Source: an uncultured Planctomycetota bacterium
Lineage (GTDB): Bacteria > Planctomycetota > Planctomycetia > Gemmatales > Gemmataceae
Direction: 5' to 3'
Length of the DNA: 64,000 bases
Assembly (NCBI GenBank): GCA_963849325.1
Contig: CAWKHF010000012.1
Location: forward strand, 1,088,001 to 1,152,000
The position numbers were made by a program, and so were the translations under genes. Position 1 is the stretch's first letter. Each line of letters opens with the position of its first letter. Under the pieces are notes generated by a model. The model did no database searches. It was not told the DNA's origin and worked only from the letters and a program-made list of their open reading frames with translations. This document shows positions 45,940 through 57,995 of this stretch, one piece after another.

Positions 45940-48900
45940 TTAGTGCTTCGTTCCCTTCATCAGCGTCTCGGCTTCGCGGTGCAGAACCTGATAGGCGATG
46001 CGCTCGGTCCAGGATCGGTTCACTTCTTTCGCTTCCTCGCGGGCGACCTGGTCCGCTTTCGCCAACCATTTCTTGGCCTCCTCGCCGCGCCCCAACCGCT
46101 GCGTAGTCATGGCCATGAGCAGCCAGTCCCGTGCTTGCGGTTCCAGGCTGGGCAAGCGCGTGATTTCTTGCAGTCGCGTCCAGGCGGCGTCGTACTGCCC
46201 GGCACGATAGAGGAGGGCGGCAATCCGGCGCAGGTCCGCGGCCGATGGGGAATTCGCCTTTACCGCTCGCTCGGCGCGACGTAGCAGCGGCTTGAGGTCG
46301 CGCACGGCACCGTCAGCGAGTGTACACGTCCGGGCGACGATTCGCGCCGTCGCCTCGTCGTCGCTGCGGCCGAAGTGCTGCACAAGACGGCTGCACCCGT
46401 GACGATAATTCGCTTCGTCGCCCCCGGCCAGCAGCGCCAGGGTGTGTTCCTGCCAGACCGACACGTCCGCATTACCGAGATGGATCGACTTGCCGAGATC
46501 GGCGGCGGCCCGCGTCCAGTCGCCGCGCTCCGCCTCGACGCGGCCGCGCGCCGCCCACAAGTCGGCCCGATCGCCCTTGTGTTCGATGGCCCGAGAATAA
46601 TCGGCGATGGCCTGCTCCCAGCGGCGCAGCGCAACCTCGACCTCGGCGCGACCGGCCCACAGATCCCAGCGTTCCGCTTCGCCCTCTAGCGCCTTGCTGT
46701 AATCCGTTCGCGCCGCATCCCAGCGATGCAGTTCCGCGTTGGCGCGAGCGCGGCGGGCGTAGAGGTCGGCCGAGCCGCCGCCGGCGATCAGACGATCGAG
46801 ATGCCCCACGGACCCGACCCACAGTCGGCGGTGTTCGCATTCCACCGCTCCGCGGCGGTGCCAGTCCGACACGCGCTCCGCGGCCGGGGTGAAGTCCTTA
46901 ACGTATTTCTTCCGCGCCTCCTGCCACGCCTTGTCCAGCTCCGCGCCGTCCAGCGACTTCGTCTCACCGGCATTCGTCGGCCGCCGGCCACTCAGCACTT
47001 CCGCCACGAGGAGCAGATCGACAACGGCCCGATCCTCGGCCGCAGCGGACGTATCCAGCGGCCCGCCGGATCGCCAGGCGTGCCGACGCTCAGGACCAGC
47101 CGCCCATCCCTGCCGAGGGTGACGTCGTGAATCGTCGGCTGTTCCGCGCTGTGCTTCAGCAGGGGACTGACCGGCTCGCCCGTCACTGCGTCCCAGACGC
47201 GCAGGCCGTCGGCGGCGACCGTGACCAGCCAGCGGCCGTCCGCGCTGAAGGCGGCGATGGAGACGGCGGCATGGTGGCGAAGCGGCGGCGTTACCGGCTT
47301 ACCTGTGCCGGCGTCCCACACCCGCGCCAAGCGGTCGCCGCTCACCGTCACGATTCGCTTGCCGTCCGGGGTGAACGCGGCATACCGAACCGGGGTGCCG
47401 TGCCCGATCGTCTCGGAGATCATACGCCCTGTATCTGACTCCCAGACGCGAGCCGTGCCGTCCTCGCTGGCGCTCACGAGGCGGCGGCCATCGGAGCTGA
47501 ACGCCAGGTGGTTGACTGCTTGGTGATGGCCCCAGGTCTCGCCGACCGCCTCGGCCCTGGCCGCGTTCCACAACCGCATCCCGCCTTCGACATCCACCGT
47601 CAGAATCCGGCTGCCGTCCGGGATGAAGAGCGCTCGAACCGAGATCCTCCTTGTGCTCCATCGGCTGTCCGATTCGAGCGCTTTTATCCATATCCCACAG
47701 CCGCGCCTTGCGATCCTGGCAAGCGGTCAGCACACGGCCGCCGTCGGCGCTGAGTTTGGCCTGCAGGACGGAGCGCGGGTGGACCAACGGTTCGCCGACG
47801 GGCTTGCCGGTCTCCGTCTCCCAGACGTACACGTGCCCTTCCAACTCGTCGCCATTGGCCTGATGCTGGACCGTCAGCACGCGGCGTCCGTCCGCGCTGA
47901 ACGCCGCGGCCGTGACCTTGTTCTTGTGCGGCAAGGCGGCCCCGATGGCCCGATCCTTCTCCGTGTCGTAAACCTGGGCCGTTGTGTCCATCACTCGCAG
48001 CACGCGGCGGCCGTTGGGACTGAACACCGTCAGCCCCGTCGGCGTGCGTGCTACCGGCGGTGGCGGCGGCTCGCCGGCCGTGAGATCCCATATACGCACC
48101 ACCCGTCCCGACAGCGTGAGCACACCGTCTCCCGCCGGGGTGAAGGCCGCATACAGGATCGATCCGCCGTGCTGGAGCGCGGGCAGCACTTCCTCTCCGC
48201 TGAGGCAATCCCACACCCGCGCGGCACCGTCGGCGCAGGTCGTCAGGACGTAGCGGTCATCGGGACTGAAGACGGCTCGATCCACCGTATCGGGGTGCCG
48301 CAACGGCTGGCCCACTCCCTCGCCGTTGCTCGTGTCCCAGATGCGCACGCCGCGATCCTCGCTAGCCGTCAGCGCGTAATGACCGGAGCGACTGAACACG
48401 GCCCGGCGCACGGCGGAGCCATGCTTGAGCGGCGGCGTCAGTGGCTCGCCCGTGCTCACCCGCCAGACTCGCGCCGTGCCGTCCGTGCTCGCCGTCAGCA
48501 CGCGCCGGCCATCGGGGCTGAACGACGCCTGCGTCACCGCCGCCGTGTGCGCGAACGCGGCACCCGCCTGTTTCTCGGTGGCGATGTCCCAGACGCGAGC
48601 GCAACGATCCTGGCAGATCGTCAAGACTTGTTTGCCGTCGGGGCTGAACGCGGCCGGAAGGGGGCTGATCTCGCTGCCCAGCGCCTCCTCGCCGACCGCC
48701 TCGCCGGTCGCGGCGTCCCAGATGTGCAGCTCCGCCTCGGTCGGGTTCATCGCCGACTTGGCGGCGACGGTGAGGAAGCGCCGGCCATCGGGACGGAACG
48801 AGAGGCCAAAAACCGGCCCCATGAGCTGCAGTTCGGGAAATACCTCGCTGCCCGTGCCGAGATCCCACACGTGTACCGTCATGTCCGTGGCAGCCGTGAG

Positions 48901-49875
48901 CACGCGCTGGCCATCCGGGCTGAACGACGCCAACGAGACCGCCGCCCCGTGCTGCAACGGCTCGCCGATGCGCCGCCCCGTGACCGCGTCCCATACGACG
49001 GCCGCGCCGTCCGCCCCGGCCGTGAGCACGCGCCGGCCGTCGGGGCTGAGCCGCACCACGTTCACCTTCTTTTCGTGTAGCCACACCTGCACCGGACGCG
49101 GACACAGGGCCAGGACCGAGGCCAGGCGCAGACGATGCGTCTCTTCCGGCAGCTTCTCCCCGTGGGCCAGCCGCAGCGCCTCGGCGAACCACAACAGCGA
49201 CGCGGACAGGTCGCCGCCGTCCATCCGGCGCGTGCCAAGCGCGACGTGCATCCGAACGAGCTGCCGAGCCGCCTTCTCGCGGCGACTCACCGCTTCCTGC
49301 CGCACTTGCTCCGCGATCCGGGCGAGATCCTCGGCCAGCTTCCGGTCATGGGCCTGCTCATCGCGTTGCCGCACGGCTTCCTTGCTCCGCCTCTTCTCTT
49401 GACTCAACTCGGCCTTGATCTCGTCGTGTTTTTCCTTCCATTTCGCCACGTCCATTTCCGCTTGCCGCATGCGCCGCAGCGTCGCCGACCCGGCATCGGC
49501 CTCCTGCCCGCGCGGGCGCCGCGTCTCCTGCTCGCGCTGGGCGAGAAGATGCGCCTGCTCGGCGGCATCGCGGGCCGAACGAGACGCCCGCCACCAGCCG
49601 TTCGCCATCAGGATCAGCCCGAGGCCGAGTAGTCCGCAGATGACGACCATTGGAGAGATGCGCCGCCGTCCCGACGGCGCGTCGGCTCCGTCCGGCGGGG
49701 ATGGCGCCAACGCGCGGTCGGCGAAATGCACCGCGTCGCCGGGCAGGGACGGCGCTCGTCCACGGGCCGGCTCGCCGCAGATGGGGCAGCGCGATGTCGT
49801 CTCCGCCGCGGGGCCGCTCGTGAAGATCGTGGGATCCCAGGCATGACCGTGCAAGCAGATGACCTTCTGCGACAT
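45940..49875 (-). CDS. Zn-ribbon/TM/coiled-coil + WD40 beta-propeller + TPR protein; frameshifts near 47635 and 47030
   Basis: CLHGH...CPICG, a TM segment, more than ten FSPDGRRVLTAS..D.TARVW repeats, C-terminal TPRs (AIADYSRAIE). Confidence 0.85.
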
Positions 49876-49916
49876 GGGAGCACTCCTGGAAACGCGGAGC
49901 GGCGAATGGTAGGGCG

Positions 49917-49944
49917 ATTATCGCACAGCAAGCGGAGGTGTCAA
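49917..49944 (-). promoter_or_regulatory. Putative sigma-70 promoter of the WD40-TPR gene
   Basis: Minus strand TTGACA-N16-GATAAT with a TG extended -10. Confidence 0.45.
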
Positions 49945-50053
49945 GCTGCCGCCCGACGTCCGTGCGTGCCGGGGGTGCAGTAAGAGGCACGAACCCAATG
50001 CGATTTGGGTTCGTGGCCCTTGAAAGGACAGGTCCGAATGCACGGCGAAATCA

Positions 50054-51779
50054 TCAATCCGCAATCCTATCTCCCTCTCCCCGCCGCAGCACCGCCTCCC
50101 GATCCGCCGCGACGCCCGCGAAACGCTCGCGGACACCGTCGGGCCAACGCACCTCCAACGACTCCGCCTGGCCGACCTCGCCCAGCCCAAAGTGAGCGCG
50201 GGAATCGTTGCTGCACAGGTAGCTGGAGGCGGGATTGATCCAGCCCAGCCAGGTGCGTCCGGCCGCCACGATGCGGATCTCGGCGCCGTAGGCAGGCCGT
50301 CCTCCGTGCGCCGGGTCGAATGCCTGGACCAACAGCCAGTGACCACGGTGCGGGGCGACGTTGCGGAACAGTCGAACTCGGCCGCCGACGCTCGTCGCCA
50401 GAAGATCCAGCGCGCCATCGCCGTCGATGTCGCCGCAGGCCAGGCCGCGCCACACGCCCGGCTTGCCGCAGAACGCCGGCTCAAGGGCCGAGCGATCCAC
50501 GAACTTCCCCATGCCGTCATTGGCGAATAACTGATTGCGCTGCTCGTAGGGGGTCCAGAAGGAACGCTCGTCCCGCGCTTTCGCCGGAGGTCGCGCAATG
50601 TCTCCATTCACCACCGCCACATCGAGAGAGCCGTCCAGGTTGAAATCGGCCAGCACCGTCCCGAAACCCGTGCCCCTCCAGACGGGCCGGATCAAGCCGC
50701 TGGCCGCCGTGCGGTCTTCAAATTCCCCGCGCTTCACTTGCTTCCACAGGGTATTGCTCTCGATCGTCAAGTGCGTGATGAAGAGGTCGAAAAGGCCATC
50801 GCCATCCACGTCCCCGATCGCCACGCCCATGTTGGCCTCCGCCTGTCCCATGACGTTGTAAGCCACGCCACGCAGGACCGCTTCTTCCTGGAACGTCCCC
50901 TGCCGCTGGTTGATCCAAAGATGGTTGGGCTTGCCGTCGTTGGCTATCAGAATGTCGGGCCAACCGTCGCCGTCGAAGTCCGCGCACAGGACTCCCAAGC
51001 CCGGTCCCGCGACCCGGCCCAACCCCGACGAGCGCGTCACGTCCTCGAAGCGCACCTTGGCCTTCTTCCCTCTGCTTCCGCCGAGGTTGCGGTAGAGCTT
51101 CGTGACGGTCCCCGGGAACGTACGCGGGTGACAGAAATCCTGTCCTCCCACCATCTCACAGACGACGGACGGATCGTAGCGCAGGTAGTTGACCACGACG
51201 AGGTCGAGCCAGCCGTCCCGGTCATAATCGACGAACGCCGCCGAGGTGGCCCAGAACGGGTGCTCCAGGCCGGCCTCGGTCGTGGTATCGCGGAACGTGC
51301 CGTCGCCCTGGTTGACGAACAGTTGGACCCCGCCATACTGGGTGAGGCAAACGTCCGGCCGTCCATCGTTGTTGACGTTGCCGATGGCGACGCCGGTGTT
51401 GTAACCCGCCACGTCCAGCCCCGACCCTTTGCTGACGTCGGTGAAGGTACCGTCGGCATTTTGCCGGTACAGCCGGTTTGTGGAAGTCGAGCCGGGCCGC
51501 GCCGTGCAGCAGGTAGACGTCCAGCCGGCCGTCCTGGTTGAAATCGAACAGGGCGGCGCCGGTCCCCATGATCTGGGGCATGAAGTACGTTCCCGTGGGA
51601 CCCGGATCCTGCACGAAGTCGATCCCGACCGCCTCGGTCACGTCTTCAAACCAGGGCGGCGAATCGGGAGCGGAAGGGGAGAGGCGGAGGCGCTGCCAGC
51701 CCCAAACGCTCGCTCCGAGGAGCAAGGAGGCGAGGACCACCACCGCGAACCAGCGCCGGAGCGTCATACGAGAGGCCAT
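50054..51779 (-). CDS. CRTAC1-family (FG-GAP repeats + ASPIC/UnbV) protein; frameshift near 51500
   Basis: WFEDVTEAVGIDF, GAALFDFNQDGRLD, DYDRDGWLDL, DFDGDGWPDI, SYLCSNDSRAHFGLG...VRWPDG. Confidence 0.9.
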
Positions 51780-51825
51780 GATCGAGTGGCGAGCGGGGAG
51801 TTTCCACCCTGCGCTCGTTTGAAGG

Positions 51826-53820
51826 TTAGTGGCTCTTGTTTCCCCTTGATGGCGCGGCCTCATAATAGCGGATCGCGGCTTGAAGCCGTCGCACCAGAAG
51901 GGGGTCGCCGTCGCGGACCAGGGCTAAAGCCTGGCGGGTTGCGGCGGCCGCCTCGGGCATGCGATCGTTGGCGGCGTAGGCGAGGGCCAGAGTGGCCTTC
52001 ACTTCCGGCCGGCGGTCGCCGGCCGCGTCGGCTTGACGGGCACGCCACAGGGCTAACCGTGGACAAGGACTCCAAGGAGGATCCCCGGAAAGCACGGTAT
52101 GGGCCAGGTGAAGGGCCTTTGCCGGCCACTCGGGATCGCGTCGCAGCCCTTCGGCGTAGACCGCGGCCGCAGCCGCATGCTCGTTCTCTTCGTCCAGCGT
52201 CGCCGCCAGATTGTAATAAGGCTCCGCATTCTCGACGCCCAGCCGGATCGCCTCCTGGAAACAACCGCGGGCCTCCTCCCGGCGGTCGGTCAGCACCAGG
52301 GCCAGGCCCAGACTGTCGTGATAATGGCCGATCCAGGGGGCGTTGGCAACCGCCCGTCGAAATAAATCCACGGCTTCCTCGTCCTGCCCTTGCATCAGGC
52401 GTATCAACCCCAGGTTGTGCAAAGCCAGAGCATTATCCGGCGCTATCCGCGTCGCCCGCTCTAAATGCCTGGTTCCCTCCGCCGTCCGGCCCTGGTTGAA
52501 AAGGTAAGTCCCCAGGGACTGGTGGGCCACCGCGTTGTTGTCCGTCACCTGAAGGGCATGGCGCCAGACCGTTTCCTCATCTTGCCAGAAGGAGAGTTGG
52601 GACCGCGTGAGCAGAGCGCAGAAGAGCAGCACGATGGCCGACCCGCTTGCCAGAGCGATTCGGCCTCCGGCGCGATCCGCCAGGGTCGTCGGGATCGACC
52701 AGGCCAGGGCCAGGAAGATGCCGAGGAGAGGGAAATAAGTGTAGCGATCCGCCATCGACTGCTCGCCGACCTGAACCAGGCCAATCACGGGCACCAACGT
52801 TCCCAGATACCAGGACCAACCCACGAGGAGGGCGGGCCGGCGACGGCGCTGCCACACCGCCAGGACCGTCAGGGCCGTCAGCACGAACGCGGAGCCAAGG
52901 ACGGCCGTCACGGAGATTTGCGAACCGGGATGGGGATAAAGAATGGCCAGGTCGGTCGGCCAGACCATCTTTCGCAGGTAGCCGGTGTAGGCCAGCACGG
53001 CATTCGCCACGCGAACGGCCAGGGGAACCTTGTCCAACGAGACGACGGCGCCGTTCAACTGGGCGTAAAGAGTGACCATGCAGGAACCGGCCGCGATCGC
53101 CAGCAACGGCACTTTCTCCAGGAGCAGGCGAGAGAGAGGGACGGCAGGCGTTCCCTCCTCCGTTGTTTCGCTGCCTGGGCCGGCACGTTGGCCCAGTGTG
53201 GCGGCATGGGTCGGGAAGCGCCGCAAGGGCCAATAATCCAGCAGCAGCAGCAGGAAAGGCAGCGTGACCAGCATGGGCTTGGCCAGCAGACTGAGTGCGA
53301 AGACGCCCAACAGCAGCGTATAGCGAAGGAACGAAGGCCGTCGAACGTAACGCCGATACGCCTCCAGGGCCAGGAGTCCGAAACAGGTGCTGAGCAAGTC
53401 CTTTCGCTCCGCGACCCAGGCCACGGATTCCACGTGCAGAGGATGCAGAGCAAACAGAGCGGCCACCAGGGCCGGACGCCAGATGGCTCGGGTCATTCCG
53501 TGCAGCACCAGGAAAACGAGCAGCGTGTTGACGGCGTGCAAGCCGACGTTGACCAGATGAGGGCCGAACGGGCGAGGTCCGAAGAGCTGACAATCCAGCA
53601 TGTGCGACAGCCAGGTCAACGGGTGCCAGTTGGAGGCGTGAAAGGTGGTCCAGGCCCAGCGCCAACCGGCGTGGGATAGCCCCTGCTGGACCATGGGGTT
53701 GCCGGTGACGTAGGCCCGGTCATCGTAATCCAGAAACAGGTGCGCGGAAGCCGGAGCGTAGATGCAGAACACAGCGGCCGACAGAAGAAGGCCCAAAAGC
53801 AAGAGCAGCCGGGTTTGCAT
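51826..53820 (-). CDS. TMTC-like GT-C glycosyltransferase (putative protein O-mannosyltransferase) with C-terminal TPRs
   Basis: YDDRAYV, NWHPLTWLSH, HPLHVESVAWVAERKD, LEKVP, ADRYTYFP, then TPR repeats. Confidence 0.85.
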   Translation of the reverse strand: MQTRLLLLLGLLLSAAVFCIYAPASAHLFLDYDDRAYVTGNPMVQQGLSHAGWRWAWTTFHASNWHPLTWLSHMLDCQLFGPRPFGPHLVNVGLHAVNTLLVFLVLHGMTRAIWRPALVAALFALHPLHVESVAWVAERKDLLSTCFGLLALEAYRRYVRRPSFLRYTLLLGVFALSLLAKPMLVTLPFLLLLLDYWPLRRFPTHAATLGQRAGPGSETTEEGTPAVPLSRLLLEKVPLLAIAAGSCMVTLYAQLNGAVVSLDKVPLAVRVANAVLAYTGYLRKMVWPTDLAILYPHPGSQISVTAVLGSAFVLTALTVLAVWQRRRRPALLVGWSWYLGTLVPVIGLVQVGEQSMADRYTYFPLLGIFLALAWSIPTTLADRAGGRIALASGSAIVLLFCALLTRSQLSFWQDEETVWRHALQVTDNNAVAHQSLGTYLFNQGRTAEGTRHLERATRIAPDNALALHNLGLIRLMQGQDEEAVDLFRRAVANAPWIGHYHDSLGLALVLTDRREEARGCFQEAIRLGVENAEPYYNLAATLDEENEHAAAAAVYAEGLRRDPEWPAKALHLAHTVLSGDPPWSPCPRLALWRARQADAAGDRRPEVKATLALAYAANDRMPEAAAATRQALALVRDGDPLLVRRLQAAIRYYEAAPSRGNKSH

Positions 53821-54111
53821 GGCCCGTCCTTCGTCGGTCCCTGGTGGATTAGGCCGAGGATTTTTCCTCCTCGCGGGACGTGTTCGTTATGATCCCTTTC
53901 GGTGGCGCGGCTGTCAAGTAATGTGAGAGCCGGAGGAGACGCCTACTCATACTTTTCGGGAGGTCTGGAGGAGGGGTCTTGGGGAGAGGAAGCTCTGAAA
54001 TCGCCTCCTCTGTCGCGGAGACACGCCCGTCTGGGAATGCGTCGTTTTCCCGCGAACGGACTGCTACCCTTCACCTCCGCGTAGGGCACGAATTTTTTTT
54101 CGAGATTATTC

Positions 54112-54140
54112 TTGACGAGCGGCGTCCGTGAGCGTAGGGT
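54112..54140 (+). promoter_or_regulatory. Putative sigma-70 promoter of DUF1559 copy 1
   Basis: TTGACG-N17-TAGGGT preceded by a T tract; paralleled upstream of copy 2. Confidence 0.55.
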
Positions 54141-54190
54141 CTGAGGAAGACTCGCTTTCTCACTTTTTTTTCACTCGGGAGGAGTGCCTT

Positions 54191-55093
54191 ATGAGAGTTG
54201 TTCGTTACCTTCGACGCTTCCGCGCGTTCACGCTGATCGAGCTGCTGGTGGTGATCGCCATCATTGCCATCTTGATCGGCCTGCTGCTGCCGGCCGTGCA
54301 GAAGGTCCGCGAGGCCGCCGCACGCAGCCAGTGCATCAACAACCTCAAGCAGATCGGCCTGGCTTTGCAGAACCACCACGACACGCTCAGCATGCTCCCG
54401 TGCGGCGGCACGAACGCCTGGCCCAACGGCATAGGCACGCTGCAGAACCAAAACGGCAGCTGGGCCTTCCAGATCCTGCCGTACATGGAGCAAAACAACA
54501 CCTGGAACCTGGCCGCTTCCAACATTGCCGTCGTGAAACAAGCCCTCATCAAGACGTACTTCTGCCCTTCGCGTCGCGGGCCGACCCTGCTGCCCTCCAA
54601 TGGCAAAGTTGGCGGAATGGATTATGACGGTAGCTGCGAAAATGGCAACTTCACGTTCCAATCGCCTACTACGGGTGTAAACGTTACGACTCGGGGCATC
54701 ATTGCTCCGAAGACCATGGCGGGCGTCACTCTGGTGCAGATCTCCGATGGGACCAGCAACACCATCGCGGTCAGCGAGAAGAACCTCTCCCGGACGAATT
54801 TGAACACCGGGAACGATCCCTGCGACAATGCGGGGTACTCCTGGGGCTACGACTTCGGCGGCGCCGGGAACTGGGATAACACGCTGGGCAGCGTGAACTA
54901 CCAGCCCGTGCAGGACAACACGGCGCTGGGCAACAATTGTACCCACGGCTTCGGCTCGGCCCACACCGCCAAGATGAACGCGGTCTTCGCCGATGGCTCC
55001 GTCCAGCAGATTACCTACACCGTGAACCTGAATGTCTTCAGGTCGCTGTGCGGCATCAACGATGGGGCCGTGATCAACCCGGGCAGCTTCTGA
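54191..55093 (+). CDS. DUF1559 (SBP_bac_10) prepilin-type N-methylation protein, copy 1
   Basis: [58 protein letters not shown]9-DG motif ([16 protein letters not shown]). Confidence 0.95.
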   Translation: MRVVRYLRRFRAFTLIELLVVIAIIAILIGLLLPAVQKVREAAARSQCINNLKQIGLALQNHHDTLSMLPCGGTNAWPNGIGTLQNQNGSWAFQILPYMEQNNTWNLAASNIAVVKQALIKTYFCPSRRGPTLLPSNGKVGGMDYDGSCENGNFTFQSPTTGVNVTTRGIIAPKTMAGVTLVQISDGTSNTIAVSEKNLSRTNLNTGNDPCDNAGYSWGYDFGGAGNWDNTLGSVNYQPVQDNTALGNNCTHGFGSAHTAKMNAVFADGSVQQITYTVNLNVFRSLCGINDGAVINPGSF

Positions 55094-55235
55094 GTCCTCC
55101 GCGGTCGGAGCGGGCACGGCAACAGGGGCCGTGCCCGACCGGATTGTTTCCCGACGTTCGGTTGCTCCGACCCTTTTTGCCCGGAATGTCCACCGACTTG
55201 CCCGTGTCGGGTGCGCGAATCGTTTCTGGTCGTAA

Positions 55236-55289
55236 GGTCATCTTTCTCCCCTCTCCCCCCGCTTCGGGGGAGAGGGGAGAAAGATGACC
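55236..55289. repeat. Strong palindrome (REP-like or terminator) between the DUF1559 copies
   Basis: GGTCATCTTTCTCCCCTCTCCCCC...GGGGGAGAGGGGAGAAAGATGACC. Confidence 0.75.
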
Positions 55290-55339
55290 CCTCCCAGAAT
55301 CCGCGCATGCACCTCCGTCTCCATTTTCTTGAATTATCC

Positions 55340-55368
55340 TTGACGCCCGGTGAGCAGAGGATTACTTT
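55340..55368 (+). promoter_or_regulatory. Putative sigma-70 promoter of DUF1559 copy 2
   Basis: TTGACG-N17-TACTTT preceded by an AT-rich tract. Confidence 0.55.
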
Positions 55369-55415
55369 CAGAGCGTATCTCTTTTTGTACTTTCTTCACT
55401 TTGGAGGTGCGCTTT

Positions 55416-56312
55416 ATGAGAGTTGCTCATTATCTCAAACGTCTGCGGGCGTTCACGCTGATCGAGCTGCTGGTGGTGATCGCCATCATCGCCATCCTGA
55501 TCGGCCTGTTGCTGCCGGCCGTGCAGAAGGTCCGCGAGGCCGCCGCACGCACGCAATGCGTCAACAACCTCAAGCAAATGGGCCTGGCCTTGCAGAACCA
55601 TCACGACACGCTGAACGCGCTCCCGTGCGGCGGCACGAATGCCGAACCCAACGGGACGGGCATCCTGCAGACTCAAAACGGCAGCTGGGCCTACCAGGTT
55701 CTGCCGTACATGGAGCAAACCAACGTCTGGAACCTGGGGGCTAACTCGTATACATCCGTTATCAAGCCGTTCTTCTGCCCCTCGCGCCGGGGGCCAATCG
55801 CGGTTAGTGGCGGTTCCAAGCCTGGCTCCGGCGGGATGGACTATGCCGCCGGCGCCCAGAATGTCACCTTCACCTTCAACTCGCCTACTACGGGTGCCAG
55901 CGTTACGACACGGGGCATCATCGCAAGGAAAGACCAGTCCCCCGTCACCCTGGTGCAGATCTCCGATGGCACCAGCAACACCATCGCGGTCAGCGAGAAG
56001 AACCTCTCCCGTACGAACCTGAACACCGGGAATGATGTCTGCGACAACGCGGGGTTCGGTTGGGGATGGGATTCCGGCGGCGCCGGGAACTGGGACAACA
56101 CGCTGAGCAACGTGGCCTACCAACCCATTCAGGACAACACGTCGACCGGCGGCCAATGTACCCACGGCTTCGGCTCGGCCCACACCGCCAAGATGAACGC
56201 GGTCTTCGCCGATGGTTCCGTCCAGAACATCAGCTACAGCGTACAGCTGACTATCTTCGAGTCGCTGTGCGGCATCAACGATGGGGCCGTGATCAACCCG
56301 GGCAGCTTCTGA
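55416..56312 (+). CDS. DUF1559 prepilin-type protein, copy 2 (tandem paralog)
   Basis: Same motifs as copy 1; identical C-terminus [16 protein letters not shown]. Confidence 0.95.
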   Translation: MRVAHYLKRLRAFTLIELLVVIAIIAILIGLLLPAVQKVREAAARTQCVNNLKQMGLALQNHHDTLNALPCGGTNAEPNGTGILQTQNGSWAYQVLPYMEQTNVWNLGANSYTSVIKPFFCPSRRGPIAVSGGSKPGSGGMDYAAGAQNVTFTFNSPTTGASVTTRGIIARKDQSPVTLVQISDGTSNTIAVSEKNLSRTNLNTGNDVCDNAGFGWGWDSGGAGNWDNTLSNVAYQPIQDNTSTGGQCTHGFGSAHTAKMNAVFADGSVQNISYSVQLTIFESLCGINDGAVINPGSF

Positions 56313-56322
56313 GTCCTCCGGT

Positions 56323-56370
56323 GGCAGGCGAGCATGGCGACCTCCGCCGTGCTCGCCCGCCTTGCTTTCC
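56323..56370 (+). terminator. Possible intrinsic terminator after DUF1559 copy 2
   Basis: GGCAGGCGAGCATGGCG / CGCCGTGCTCGCCCGCC hairpin followed by TTGCTTT. Confidence 0.45.
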
Positions 56371-56626
56371 CAAGATCCTTTTTCCCCTCTCTCGTCCGCT
56401 TCGTCTCTTTTTCCCGGGAATGCTCGCAACACCGCTCGGCGGCGCTCGCGGCGAATCCGATGACATTTGTTCTCGGGGCGCTTACGCAGCCCCGCTCGCC
56501 CATGAAGTTCGCTTCCCTTCGCTTCCAGATAGGCGAAGGTGTTGTTAGAATGCGGGCAGAGCAAGGGACTTCCGAGCGCCTCCGCCGACGATCCGCCGCA
56601 TCGATGTCCCACGGAGTCGAACTTTC

Positions 56627-57959
56627 GTGTCTCGTCGTCTGTTCCATACTCTCTTTCTGGCCTTGCTGTTGGCCCTGACCGGCGGCGTCGCTTTCGGTGC
56701 CTGGTTGTTCCTCCGCGCCGAGCCAAGTCCGCAGCCTCCGGTCGTCCCGCTGGGGGAGCTGGATCCCACGACAGCCGGCATGATCGAGCGCGCCGAAGCG
56801 CGGGTGCGTGCCTCTCCGCAATCGGGGGCGGACTGGGGTTGGCTGGGGAAAGTACTGCTCGCCGCGCGACTTCGTCCCGAAGCCATGTCCTGTTTCGCCC
56901 GGGCGGAACATCTCGATCCGCACGAGCCGCGCTGGCCCTATCTTCAGGGCGTTGTCCTGCTGGCGGACCATCCCGATGACGAGGCCATGCCGTTTCTGCT
57001 TCGAGCCGTCGAGCGTGCCGGCTCGTCGCCGGACATGCCTCGCCTTCGGGTCGCGGAACTGCTGCTCAAACAGGGCCGTCGGGAAGAGGCCGAGGAACAT
57101 TTTCGCCTCCTCCTGGCGGCAACTCCCGACCATCCCCGCGCCCAACTGGGCCTGGCTCGCATCGCCCTAGCGAGGGGAGACCTCCGCGAAGCCCTCGGGA
57201 GGCTGGAGCCGAGCCTGTCCAATTCGTTTGTCCGCAAGTCCGCATCTGCTGCTGGTCAAAGTTCGGCAAGAGATGGGCGACGCGGAGGGCGCACGCCAGG
57301 CGCTCCAGCAGGCTTCCGCCCTTCCTCTCGACACGGACTGGCCCGACCCGTTCCTGAACGAAGTGCGCGCGTTGGAAACGGATAAGTTGACCGTCCGTCG
57401 TCGTGCCGAGCAGGAATCGGATTCGGAGTCCCAGCAATTACTGGAGACCGTGGAGCGCGATCACCCGGAGACGAGGGCGGTAATCGAGGGACGGCGACTC
57501 CTGGCCGCCAAGGATGCCAGGGGCGCCGAACAGGCGTTTCGGCAGGTGATTGCGCTGGCACCGGAATACGCCCAGGGGCATTACTGGCTGGGAATGGCCT
57601 TGCGGGACCAGGGCAATCTCGGCGGTGCCGCCGCCAGCTTCCGCAGGACGATCCAATTGCAGCCAAGCCATGCGCGTGCGCACGAGCAGCTCGGCAAGTG
57701 TCTGGAAGGGCTAGGGGATCGTGCCGGGGCCATCGAGGCTTATCGGGCCGCCGTTCGTTATGAGCCTCAGAAGGCGGAGGTTCACGCCCGCCTCGGTGAG
57801 TTGCTGGCCGACGATGGCCACGATGTCGAGGCCCTCGAACATCTGCGGCGTGCTCTTGCTTTGGCCCCTGACGATGCGAAGAGTCGAGAACGGATCGAGC
57901 GAATGCAAAAGCGAACCGAGCCGCGACCGTCCGGGAGCGGAGAAAGCACCGCTCCCTGA
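56627..57959 (+). CDS. Membrane-anchored tetratricopeptide-repeat protein; frameshift near 57245
   Basis: N-terminal TM; TPRs AMSCFARAEHLDP, AEQAFRQVIALAP, AAASFRRTIQLQP, AIEAYRAAVRYEP. Confidence 0.85.
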
Positions 57960-57973
57960 CGGTCGCGGCTCGG
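57916..57973. repeat. REP-like palindrome, family D, containing the TPR gene stop
   Basis: Near-identical to 45308-45359. Confidence 0.85.
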
Positions 57974-57995
57974 ATTCCTTGGTGGGAGATCGGCC

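Noticed and set aside
54191-56312. Diversity-generating retroelement template/variable repeat pair
   Set aside because: Differences are not adenine-specific, both copies are full genes, and no reverse transcriptase is present in the window.
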